Shown here: positions 1 to 7,816 of the stretch, one piece after another | Layout of the letters: every line of letters starts with the position of its first letter | How positions within the stretch are numbered: the first letter of the stretch is position 1 | Source: Gemmatimonadota bacterium | GTDB lineage: Bacteria; Gemmatimonadota; Gemmatimonadetes; Gemmatimonadales; Gemmatimonadaceae | Assembly (NCBI GenBank): GCA_031372565.1 | Contig: JANMLN010000144.1 | Location: 1 to 53,245 of the forward strand | Direction of reading: 5' to 3' | DNA: 53,245 nucleotides | Translations under genes and position numbers: made by a program | Notes under the pieces: model-generated | Seen by the model: the letters and a program-made list of their open reading frames with translations, nothing else | Told to the model about the DNA's origin: nothing | The model's database searches: none

Positions 1-560
1 GCCTCGGCCATGCGCGACATGACCCGTTCGAGGCGATCGCGCATCGCAGGATCCAGCGCCGTCACGTCGCGAAGCGGGCGCTGCGTATCGTCGGCCTCCA
101 TGATCTCCCTGCGGCGCGTGGCCGCGGCGTCCTTCTCGTCGCGGGCCGCGCGCTCCGTCTCGCGCATGGCATCGCCGCGCCGATCCGCGACCGGACGCGC
201 GCGCGTGCCGAAGGCGGCGGTGACATCACCTGACGCGGGACCCACCGCCACCTGCTCGACCAACTCGCGCCATGCACGGCGCGTCCCGTCCGCACTCGCC
301 GCCTCGCGGGCATCCGCAGCACGGGCATCCGCGTCGCGGGCTGCATGCGCGTCCTGCGCCGCAGCGTCGGTCGGCGCGCCGAGGTTGGCGGAGGCGGATT
401 CGCCCTGACCACCATCAGCGCGCAGGCGCCAGACGGCGAAGGTGCGGGCGAACAGCTCGGTGCGCGCGCTGTTGAGGGTGGCGCGAGCCGGGATGGCACT
501 CGCCGCGCGCTGTGCGGCAGCCGCGCGATCCGTGCTCGTCACATCGGTACCGGTCTTCAT
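1..560 (-). CDS. Partial CDS running off the window edge; Ala-rich N-terminus followed by a possible M15-family peptidase domain, in the position usually taken by fliK
   Basis: Not in the ORF track because it has no stop inside the window. ATG at 560-558 overlaps the TGA of the upstream gene (ATGA). I read the frame as open to position 1: MKTGTDVTSTDRAAAAQ...RDVTALDPAMRDRLERVMSRMAE. Confidence 0.6.
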   Translation of the reverse strand, partial: MKTGTDVTSTDRAAAAQRAASAIPARATLNSARTELFARTFAVWRLRADGGQGESASANLGAPTDAAAQDAHAARDADARAADAREAASADGTRRAWRELVEQVAVGPASGDVTAAFGTRARPVADRRGDAMRETERAARDEKDAAATRRREIMEADDTQRPLRDVTALDPAMRDRLERVMSRMAE

Positions 561-1144
561 GGCGTCTTCTCCGCCTTGGCGAGGTGAGTGAGATGGGCAA
601 TCCCGCCCTTGCTGATGGCCGCGGCGCGTTCGGGTGGCATGAGGGCCATCACCTCGGCGGCCTTCTTGTCGTTCAAGCGCGACAGGATCAACGCGGCGTC
701 CTGATCGTCGAGCTTCTCCATGACCTTGACCGCATCCTTTGCCGGCATGGCCGCGAAGATCTTGCCCAGCCGCTCGCCGATCAGGCCGGCGGGCAGCATG
801 TCATCCTTGACCGGCTTGCCGACGGTGGGCGGATGCGCCGCCGGCGCGGCATGCGCACCAGGGCTGGCGCCCGTGCGCGCCGCAGCGGCCACCGTGCTGG
901 CAGCGTCACCGTGGAGCGCCGCCTGCGCGCTGTCGGCGCCCGCGGTACTGTCGCCGTGCGCGCCCGCCGTCGCCTCATGTGCGGCGGCGGCCTTCGCCAC
1001 CTTCGCGAGCGAATCGGCGGCGACCTTCGTGAGGCTGTCCGACACGATGGCGGCGTGCTTCTTGGCCGAGACGGTGGCAGAGCCGGCGCCGCCGGCGAGG
1101 GCCGTCGTGAAGGCGGCGGCGAAGACAAGGATCAGACGCGACAT
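557..1144 (-). CDS. MotE/FlbB-like flagellar protein (MgtE-N-like C-terminal domain)
   Basis: N-terminal hydrophobic anchor; C-terminal RLGKIFAAMPAKDAVKVMEKLDDQDAALIL...KKAAEVMALMPPERAA; lies directly after fliJ. Confidence 0.75.
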   Translation of the reverse strand: MSRLILVFAAAFTTALAGGAGSATVSAKKHAAIVSDSLTKVAADSLAKVAKAAAAHEATAGAHGDSTAGADSAQAALHGDAASTVAAAARTGASPGAHAAPAAHPPTVGKPVKDDMLPAGLIGERLGKIFAAMPAKDAVKVMEKLDDQDAALILSRLNDKKAAEVMALMPPERAAAISKGGIAHLTHLAKAEKTP

Positions 1145-1147
1145 CGA

Positions 1148-1606
1148 TCAAGCCCTGCGGTTGGAGTCATCATGCAGGGCGCGCGTCCGCGCGACCTCGT
1201 CCATCACGGCCATGTCTTCACGGCCCGCCTGTTCCTTCCAGGAATCGAGCTGCTTCTCGCGCAGCCGGTCGAGCATGCGGCGGGCCTGCATGGCGGCGCC
1301 CAGGAGCTGCTGGCCGCTATCCACGTGCGACTGCGCCTGCGCGTGCTGCTCGGCGGCGCGTTCAGCGGCCACGCCCAGCTGTTCGCGCAGCATCGCGAGC
1401 GGCTGGAGATCGCCAATGCGCGTGGCCTGACCCGGCGCAGCCGAGAGCGCCTCGGAGGCCGCGCGGGCGCGGGCATCCGCGTCGGACGTGGCCTCGTGTG
1501 CGGCGCGCTCCGACACGCGGGCGCGCGCCAGGTTGATGGCGGCTTCCTTCTCGGCCCGTTCGCGCAGCTGGCGCACGCGCTCGAGGGAGAACTTGAAGGG
1601 CGTCAT
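1148..1606 (-). CDS. fliJ: Flagellar export protein FliJ
   Basis: FKFSLERVRQLRE N-terminus, coiled coil, C-terminal REDMAVMDE; immediately downstream of fliI with a 4-nt overlap. Confidence 0.85.
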   Translation of the reverse strand: MTPFKFSLERVRQLRERAEKEAAINLARARVSERAAHEATSDADARARAASEALSAAPGQATRIGDLQPLAMLREQLGVAAERAAEQHAQAQSHVDSGQQLLGAAMQARRMLDRLREKQLDSWKEQAGREDMAVMDEVARTRALHDDSNRRA

Positions 1607-2931
1607 GCGGCCACCCGACGCGTCGCGGCGTCAACGCGGGCACTGATCGCATCGAGACGCGCGGTCGTGTCCGCGAACTCGGTGGCCTCTTCGGGCGGCT
1701 GACGCAGGAAATTCAGGATCGGGTCGCGGTTGGTGATCGCCGCGTCGACCATCGGGTCGGTCCCCTTCTGGTACGCCCCCACGAGCACGAGGTCTTCCTT
1801 CTCGCGATACGCCGCCTCGGCGCGCAACAGGTTCTGCGCAGCGCGCTGCTGCTCGCGTGGCGTGACCTGGTCGCGGAGGCGGCTCTTGCTCTCGAGAATG
1901 TCGATGGCGGGAAAGTGTCCCGCACCCGCAAGGCGGCGGGTGAGCACGATGTGTCCGTCGAGAATCGAACGGGCGGCGTCGGCAACGGGCTCGTTGAAGT
2001 CGTCGCCGTCCACCAGCACGGTGTAGAGGCCGGTGATGCCGCCGACGGCCCCGTTGCCCGCGCGCTCGAGGAGGCGCGGCAGGTGCGCGAACACCGACGG
2101 CGGATAGCCCTTGGTGGTGGGCGGCTCGCCGACCGCCAGTCCGATCTCGCGCCACGCCATCGCGACGCGCGTGATCGAGTCGACCATCAGCAGGACGTTC
2201 TTGCCCTCATCGCGGAAGTACTCGGCGATCGCGGTGGCGACGAGGGCGCCGCGTGCGCGTACCAGGGCGGCCTGATCACCCGTGGCCACGATGACCACGG
2301 AGCGCGCCAACCCCTCGGGTCCGAGCGCGTTGTCGAGGAAGTCGCGCACCTCGCGGCCGCGCTCGCCCAGGAGCGCAATCACGTTCACGTCAGCGGTGGA
2401 CTGCCGTGCGATCATCCCGAGCAGCGTCGACTTGCCAACGCCCGAACCGGCAAAGATGCCGACGCGCTGTCCACGACCGAGCGTGAGCAAGCCGTCGATG
2501 GCGCGCACGCCCGTGGTGAGCGGTTCGGTGATCGTCTGGCGGTGCAACGGGTTGGGGGGCTCCGCCACGAGCGGCATGCGCTCGGCCACGTCGAGACGCG
2601 GGCCGCCGTCGATCGGGTTGCCAATGCCATCGAGCACGCGGCCAAGGAGGCCGGGGCCGACCTGCACGCCGAACGAGCGTCCGAGCGGCTGCACCATGGC
2701 GCCGGCGTGAATCCCCTCGAGGTCGCCGAGCGACATGAGCAGCACGCCGCCATCCTGGAAGCCCACCACTTCGGCGAGCACGGCACGGCCGTCGGTGAGC
2801 GACGAGACGCGGCAGAGCGAGCCCATGCCGACGTCGAGCCCGACCGCCTCGACCACGAGGCCGGCAATGCGGACGACGCGCCCATAGGTGGCGAACCGGT
2901 TGAGGTCCGCGATACGGCGATCAGCGATCAT
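1603..2931 (-). CDS. fliI: Flagellum-specific ATPase FliI
   Basis: GQRVGIFAGSGVGKS Walker A, LGERGREV, DSITR, GEPPTTKGYPPSVF, RSILDGHIVL. Confidence 0.97.
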   Translation of the reverse strand: MIADRRIADLNRFATYGRVVRIAGLVVEAVGLDVGMGSLCRVSSLTDGRAVLAEVVGFQDGGVLLMSLGDLEGIHAGAMVQPLGRSFGVQVGPGLLGRVLDGIGNPIDGGPRLDVAERMPLVAEPPNPLHRQTITEPLTTGVRAIDGLLTLGRGQRVGIFAGSGVGKSTLLGMIARQSTADVNVIALLGERGREVRDFLDNALGPEGLARSVVIVATGDQAALVRARGALVATAIAEYFRDEGKNVLLMVDSITRVAMAWREIGLAVGEPPTTKGYPPSVFAHLPRLLERAGNGAVGGITGLYTVLVDGDDFNEPVADAARSILDGHIVLTRRLAGAGHFPAIDILESKSRLRDQVTPREQQRAAQNLLRAEAAYREKEDLVLVGAYQKGTDPMVDAAITNRDPILNFLRQPPEEATEFADTTARLDAISARVDAATRRVAA

Positions 2932-3557
2932 GTGTCCTTGTAGGCGAGGCGCCGATAGACGCGTTCGATGGCCGTGTCCACGCGCCCGTCGACGATGCGC
3001 TCGCGCCCTTCGACGACACAGCCGCCAGGGAGCACGCGCGTGTCCGCCATCCAGTGCGCTTCGCGCGCGGCGCTTCCGGGCTGGGCCGTGCTGCCCGCCT
3101 CGGGAAAGGCGCCGATCACGGCCAGGTCCTGCGGATGGACGCGAATGCGCACGGGCTGGTCGATGGGGAAGGTGTCGAGGGCGCGGCGCACCATCGCGCG
3201 GGTGACCTCGGCATCGGTGCCGAGCTCGCGGTCCACGATGTGTCGCGCCACCGAGACGGCGAGCGCGGCGATGTTCTCCTCGATGGCGCCGACCCAGCGC
3301 TCTTCGCTTTCGCGCACGGCGTCGAGGGCCTCGGTCGCGGCGGCGAGTGCGTGCCGCAGACGTGCCGCCTCGGCGCGTTCGCCCTCGGCGCGGCCGCGCT
3401 CGAACGCCTCGGTGCGGGCATTGGCGATTTCGCGCGCCTGCCGGGCCGCTTCGTCTTCAGCGGCCGAGCTCGACACGCGGGTGGGAGCGAGCCCTTCGGC
3501 GTGCCACGCGTCGGTCGCGGGCATGCCGATGATGCGCGGTCTAGCCGACGACGACAT
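2928..3557 (-). CDS. fliH: Flagellar assembly protein FliH
   Basis: AxxxG repeats (AFERGRAEGERAE), IRVHPQDL, GGCVVE...VDGRV; lies between fliG and fliI. Start taken at ATG 3557. Confidence 0.9.
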   Translation of the reverse strand: MSSSARPRIIGMPATDAWHAEGLAPTRVSSSAAEDEAARQAREIANARTEAFERGRAEGERAEAARLRHALAAATEALDAVRESEERWVGAIEENIAALAVSVARHIVDRELGTDAEVTRAMVRRALDTFPIDQPVRIRVHPQDLAVIGAFPEAGSTAQPGSAAREAHWMADTRVLPGGCVVEGRERIVDGRVDTAIERVYRRLAYKDT

Positions 3558-4560
3558 CGTCTCCTCCACCGCCGAGCACGATTTCGCCCGCGTCCTCGAG
3601 TGACCGCACCTGCACCACGATCTGCGTCTGCGCCCCTTCCACGTCCTTCATCTTCACGGGGCCCAGCATTTCCATCTCCTCCTTGAGCACGCCCACGGCG
3701 CGCTGCGACATCTGCGCCATGATCCGTACCTTGAGTTCGCCGCTGGCGCTCTTGAGGGCGAGCGCGAGGGTCTTCACGTCGACATCACGGAGCAACCGCT
3801 GCAGGCCGCGGTCGTCGATGCCGAGGAGATCCTCGAAGACGAACATGAGGTTGCGGATCTGGTCGCTCAGCGCCTGGTCGCGGTCCGCGACCTTCTCCAT
3901 GATCTGCTTCTCGACGGTGCCTTGCAGCAGGTTGAGCACGGCGGCCACGGCTCCCGGGCCTCCGGTCTTGGACATGCCTGGCGAGAGGTCGAGCTCGAGG
4001 TCCCGGCCCAGCGATTCCTCGATGAGGGCGAGCGTCTCGGGCGACACGCGCTCCATCTTGCCGATGCGGTACACGATGTCGGCCCGCACATCCTGCTCAA
4101 GCTGCTTGAGCACCGCCGCCGACTGTGCGGGCGGCAGGTTGGCGAGAATCAGGGCCAGGGTCTGCGGGTGCTCGCCGCGAAACATCGACGCCAACTGCTC
4201 GGGTTCGGCGTTGCGCAACTTGATGAACCCCGGCTTCTCGCCGGCCGGACCGGCCACGCGCTTGACCATGGTCGCGGCCTGCTGGCGCCCGAACGCCTTC
4301 TCCAGCACATCGCGCGCGTAGTCCATGCCGCCCTGCGCGGACAGCGATCCTGTCGCGCACGTATCGGCCCACTCGCGCATGACCAGCTCTGCCACGCCGG
4401 CATCGACGCGCTCCATGCGCGAGATCTCCGTCGTGATCAACTGCACCTCCTCCGGCGACAGCTTCTGCGTGACGCGCGCGGCCTGTTCGGCGCCGAGCGA
4501 CATGAACAGCACGGCGGCCTTCTGTGCACCGGTGAGCTTGGTCGGGGTGGCGGTGGACAT
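3541..4560 (-). CDS. fliG: Flagellar motor switch protein FliG
   Basis: LTGAQKAAVLFMSLG, GGMDYA, EHPQT, MFVFEDL, MSQRA motifs. Confidence 0.97.
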   Translation of the reverse strand: MSTATPTKLTGAQKAAVLFMSLGAEQAARVTQKLSPEEVQLITTEISRMERVDAGVAELVMREWADTCATGSLSAQGGMDYARDVLEKAFGRQQAATMVKRVAGPAGEKPGFIKLRNAEPEQLASMFRGEHPQTLALILANLPPAQSAAVLKQLEQDVRADIVYRIGKMERVSPETLALIEESLGRDLELDLSPGMSKTGGPGAVAAVLNLLQGTVEKQIMEKVADRDQALSDQIRNLMFVFEDLLGIDDRGLQRLLRDVDVKTLALALKSASGELKVRIMAQMSQRAVGVLKEEMEMLGPVKMKDVEGAQTQIVVQVRSLEDAGEIVLGGGGDDVVVG

Positions 4561-6078
4561 TTACTTCTCCATCATCCAGGTCTTGAGCACGCGCGCGGCG
4601 GCATCCGGGTCGCGCTCGACGCTGGCGATGACCTGCTCGCGCACCCCAGGCGTGGCGGCAGGCAGCACATAGGTGGTCGGCTGGCCGAGTTCCGGCTGGG
4701 CGACCATCGGCGCGGCCATCAGCGCCTGCGCGGTCATGCCCGACGGCAGCGAGGCGACCATCGATCCACCGGATGCGCCCGCCTTGAGCGACTTCACCGC
4801 CATGAGCGCGACCACGAAGGCGAACACGAGACCGAGCACGCTCACGCCCGGCCGCTGCCACTGCTGCACCTTCATGAAGAGGTCGCTGCCGGCGGGTGGC
4901 GCTTCACCGACCAGGACCGGCGTCTCGAACGTCGTGCTCTCGACCGTGATGCGGTCGCCGCGCGCCGAGTCGAGACCGACCGCGTCGCGGACGAGCGTGG
5001 TGAGCTGCGCGATCTCCTCGGGGGTGCGCTTCGCATAGCGCGGCACCGAGTCGCCCGCGGCCGAGGGCAGGCGCTTGTCGGCAACGAGCACCGCGACCGA
5101 GAGGCGCGACACGGTGCCGACGGCGCCCTGCACCACTTCGGTGCTCTTGGAGTTCTCGTACGCGTTGGCCACGTTGGTCGAGCCGGCGCCACCCTGGGCG
5201 CCCGGCACGATCTCCGCCTTCTGCTCGGTGGCGAGGGCCGCCTTCTCGGGATCGATCGACTGCGTGGTGCGATCGACCTTGGTGAAGTTCATCGCCGCCG
5301 ACACCGTCACGTGCGCATTGCCGTGCCCGACGAACTGCTCGACGATCGACGTCGCCTTGTTGGTGAGGTAGCCCTCGGTCTCTTCCTGCACGCGCAGTTG
5401 GCGGTTGGAGGCGCCCAACGTACCCCGATCGCGCGGCTCGGTCAGCAGGCGGCCCGTCTCGTCGAGCACGCTCACATCTTCGGGCTGCATGCTGCCGACC
5501 GACGCCGCCACCAGGTGCGTGATCCCCTGCACCGTCTCCGGCTTGACCGTGGTGCCGCCCTCGAGTGTCATGACGACCGACGCGGTGATCGGCCGGTCGT
5601 CGGTGCGACGGAACGCGGCCTGCTCGGGCATCGCCACGGAGACGCGCGCACTGCGCACGCCGCGCATCGTGCCGATCGTGCGCGAGAGCTCCCCTTCGAT
5701 CGCGCGACGGAAGTTCGTGCGCGTCACGAAGTCAGACGCCAGACCGTTGTTCTTGTCGAAGATCCCCCAGCCGCCTGTCGTGCCCGGCTTGCCATCCTTG
5801 CTCAGCGTGACGCGCGCGCGCGCCAGGTCGGCCTCGGCCACCAGAATCTCGGCACCGCCGCGATCGAGACGGTACGGAATGCCGGCACGGTCGAGTCGCT
5901 CGGTGAGCGCACTCGCGCTCTCGAGTTCCACGCCGGTCTCGGCCGGGACCCACGCCGGCGCCGAGGCCACGCGCGACACCCAGAACACGCCGCCCGCAAG
6001 CGCGAGGCCGATGAGTCCGGTGATGACGTTGCGCACACCGCCCACGCGGGCGAAGAGCGCGTCGAGTTGCGCGTTCAT
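4561..6078 (-). CDS. fliF: Flagellar M-ring protein FliF
   Basis: Two TM segments, RAIEGELSRTI, ASVVM, RLSVAVLV, AVGLDSARGD, C-terminal PDAAARVLKTWM. Confidence 0.95.
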   Translation of the reverse strand: MNAQLDALFARVGGVRNVITGLIGLALAGGVFWVSRVASAPAWVPAETGVELESASALTERLDRAGIPYRLDRGGAEILVAEADLARARVTLSKDGKPGTTGGWGIFDKNNGLASDFVTRTNFRRAIEGELSRTIGTMRGVRSARVSVAMPEQAAFRRTDDRPITASVVMTLEGGTTVKPETVQGITHLVAASVGSMQPEDVSVLDETGRLLTEPRDRGTLGASNRQLRVQEETEGYLTNKATSIVEQFVGHGNAHVTVSAAMNFTKVDRTTQSIDPEKAALATEQKAEIVPGAQGGAGSTNVANAYENSKSTEVVQGAVGTVSRLSVAVLVADKRLPSAAGDSVPRYAKRTPEEIAQLTTLVRDAVGLDSARGDRITVESTTFETPVLVGEAPPAGSDLFMKVQQWQRPGVSVLGLVFAFVVALMAVKSLKAGASGGSMVASLPSGMTAQALMAAPMVAQPELGQPTTYVLPAATPGVREQVIASVERDPDAAARVLKTWMMEK

Positions 6079-6407
6079 GCCTGCATGGTGGTCAGGGTCC
6101 GGTAGGCGTCGAGGAACTTGTTGCGCACTTCAATGAGCATCTGCAGCGAGATCTGCGCTTCCTCGCTGGCGGCCATCACGCGGTGGAGTTCCACCGGCTC
6201 GCCGCGCAGGAACGCGCCCAGCGTTTCGCCGGCCTTGTCCTGCTGTGCCGACACGTCGTTGACGGCGCGCGCGAGCAGGTCACCGAACTGCGGCCCCGCG
6301 TCCCTCGTGACCGGGACCTGGATGGCCGCGCGATCGCCGCCCTGGGACAGTCCCTCGGCGAAGTTCGCAGCCGCACGCGCCGCAGCGGCGCCAATCGGAT
6401 CGCTCAT
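6075..6407 (-). CDS. fliE: Flagellar hook-basal body protein FliE
   Basis: FGDLL, LHRVMAASEEAQISLQMLIEVRNKFLDAYR. Confidence 0.95.
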   Translation of the reverse strand: MSDPIGAAAARAAANFAEGLSQGGDRAAIQVPVTRDAGPQFGDLLARAVNDVSAQQDKAGETLGAFLRGEPVELHRVMAASEEAQISLQMLIEVRNKFLDAYRTLTTMQA

Positions 6408-6411
6408 CGGA

Positions 6412-6771
6412 TCACCCGCGAATGTCGAGGCGAAGCCCGCGCATCGACGGCGCGAGCGACGGGTCCTGCGTGCCGAGCATGACGCGCGCGTAGGTCACCG
6501 GCCCCTGCGCGGCACTCTTGGCGAAGTAGGCGCGCTCTTCGCTCGTGAGGATGCTCCACAGCTTGGGGTCCGTGCCCTCGGGCGGCGTGATGCTCCCGGC
6601 GACGGCCGGTGCTGCCGTGTTCGTGCGGGCAGCGGGCGCCTCCACCGTCGGACGCGTCACAGGGCTGCGCACGGCGGCCGGACCGGGACGACCGGCGCCG
6701 GCAGGCGACGTGTCGGCGCGCGTGGTGCGCGTATCGGGAACGAGTGGGGTGGGGACGTTGGAGATGTTCAC
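6412..6771 (-). CDS. Hypothetical protein between flgC and fliE
   Basis: Fills the gap tightly in operon orientation; Pro/Ala-rich N-terminus; C-terminal LWSILTSEERAYF...RGLRLDIRG. Confidence 0.7.
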   Translation of the reverse strand: MNISNVPTPLVPDTRTTRADTSPAGAGRPGPAAVRSPVTRPTVEAPAARTNTAAPAVAGSITPPEGTDPKLWSILTSEERAYFAKSAAQGPVTYARVMLGTQDPSLAPSMRGLRLDIRG

Positions 6772-6785
6772 GGATCGGCCTCAGG

Positions 6786-7316
6786 TCAGATGTCGATGGC
6801 GCGGCGCATCATGCTCTTCGCGACCTGAAACACGGTGGCGTTCGCTTCGAACTGGCGGCGCGCATCCATCAGGTCCACCATTTCGTCCGTGATGCGGACG
6901 TTCGGGTAGTGCACGTAGCCATCCTTGTCCGCGTCGGGATGCCCGGGCTGGTAGACCCGCGGACCTTCCGTGTCGTCGATGGTGATGCCCGCGACTTCGA
7001 CCCCCGCGGCACGATCCGCCACCACGTCGCCCATCGGCGCGAGCGACTCCGGGGTGCCGATCGGCGGCACGCCGAGCGCTTTGGCAAACGCGTCCTCGAA
7101 GGCCGACGGCTGCGCGGCCTGCAGCGAGACCTGCTGCCGCTTGTACGGGCCACCCTCGGGGGTCCGCGTCGTTTCGGCGTTCGCGATGTTCTGTGCAATG
7201 ACTTCCATGCGCGCGCGCTGGGCCGACAGGCCGCTCGCGGCGATGCCCATCGTGCGGAACATGGGACGCACCAGCGGCTGCACGCCGTTCGGCAGCGGAG
7301 TCACGGGACGCGGCAT
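6786..7316 (-). CDS. flgC: Flagellar basal-body rod protein FlgC
   Basis: IAASGLSAQRARMEVIAQNIANAETT, YQPGHPDADKDGYV.YPNV, EMVDLM.A.R.FEAN. Confidence 0.96.
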   Translation of the reverse strand: MPRPVTPLPNGVQPLVRPMFRTMGIAASGLSAQRARMEVIAQNIANAETTRTPEGGPYKRQQVSLQAAQPSAFEDAFAKALGVPPIGTPESLAPMGDVVADRAAGVEVAGITIDDTEGPRVYQPGHPDADKDGYVHYPNVRITDEMVDLMDARRQFEANATVFQVAKSMMRRAIDI

Positions 7317-7318
7317 GA

Positions 7319-7612
7319 TCAGGTCGTGCCCTTCAGGCTCTCGCGGAGCCCGGCGTAGGTGTCGTGCAGGAGCTTCGCGGTCGCATCGAAGCGCAGCTGC
7401 TCGTCGGCCAGGCTCACCATCTCGGCCTCGAGATCGATCGGCCCCTCCGCTGCAGCGCCGGCCGACCCGTCAGCCGGGAGGCTGAACCCCTGCGCGGCCG
7501 ACGACGCCCGTGCGACGCGGTCCGCGATGACGCGCGTACGCTGCACGCTGACGTCGAGACTCGCCTTGAGCGGGTCCGCGATGGTGGTGCGAGCGACCAG
7601 GTTGATCGACAT
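7319..7612 (-). CDS. flgB: Flagellar basal-body rod protein FlgB (short, divergent)
   Basis: LKASLDVSVQRTRVIADRVA (variant of the R..V.A.N.AN motif) and IDLEAEMVSLADEQLRF; first gene before flgC. Confidence 0.8.
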   Translation of the reverse strand: MSINLVARTTIADPLKASLDVSVQRTRVIADRVARASSAAQGFSLPADGSAGAAAEGPIDLEAEMVSLADEQLRFDATAKLLHDTYAGLRESLKGTT

Positions 7613-7649
7613 GAAGCCTCCGGAGGGAACAGGGGGACACCCCTCCTAA

Positions 7650-7665
7650 AGCAACGACGATGCCA
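7650..7665 (-). promoter_or_regulatory. sigma54 (-24/-12) promoter of the flgB operon
   Basis: Minus strand reads TGGCATCGTCGTTGCT, i.e. GG-N10-GC, about 40 nt upstream of the flgB start. Confidence 0.85.
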
Positions 7666-7693
7666 CGCCGCGACTCGGCGCGATTAATTCTTG

Positions 7694-7801
7694 CAAGTTG
7701 TTGATCTGGAACGTCTTGGACGTTCGCGATGGAGAGCCGTCCGCACCGGCATACCCACCGATTCACCCGGCAACGTTTACCGCCGGGGGCCATTCTTGCC
7801 G
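7694..7801. promoter_or_regulatory. IHF-like site plus enhancer-like CGGCA/TTGCCG repeats
   Basis: Reverse complement of 7694-7706 is GATCAACAACTTG (near WATCAANNNNTTR); CGGCAACGTTTACCG at 7768-7782; GGCCATTCTTGCCG ending at 7801. Confidence 0.55.
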
Positions 7802-7816
7802 CTTGAGGCCGACCGC

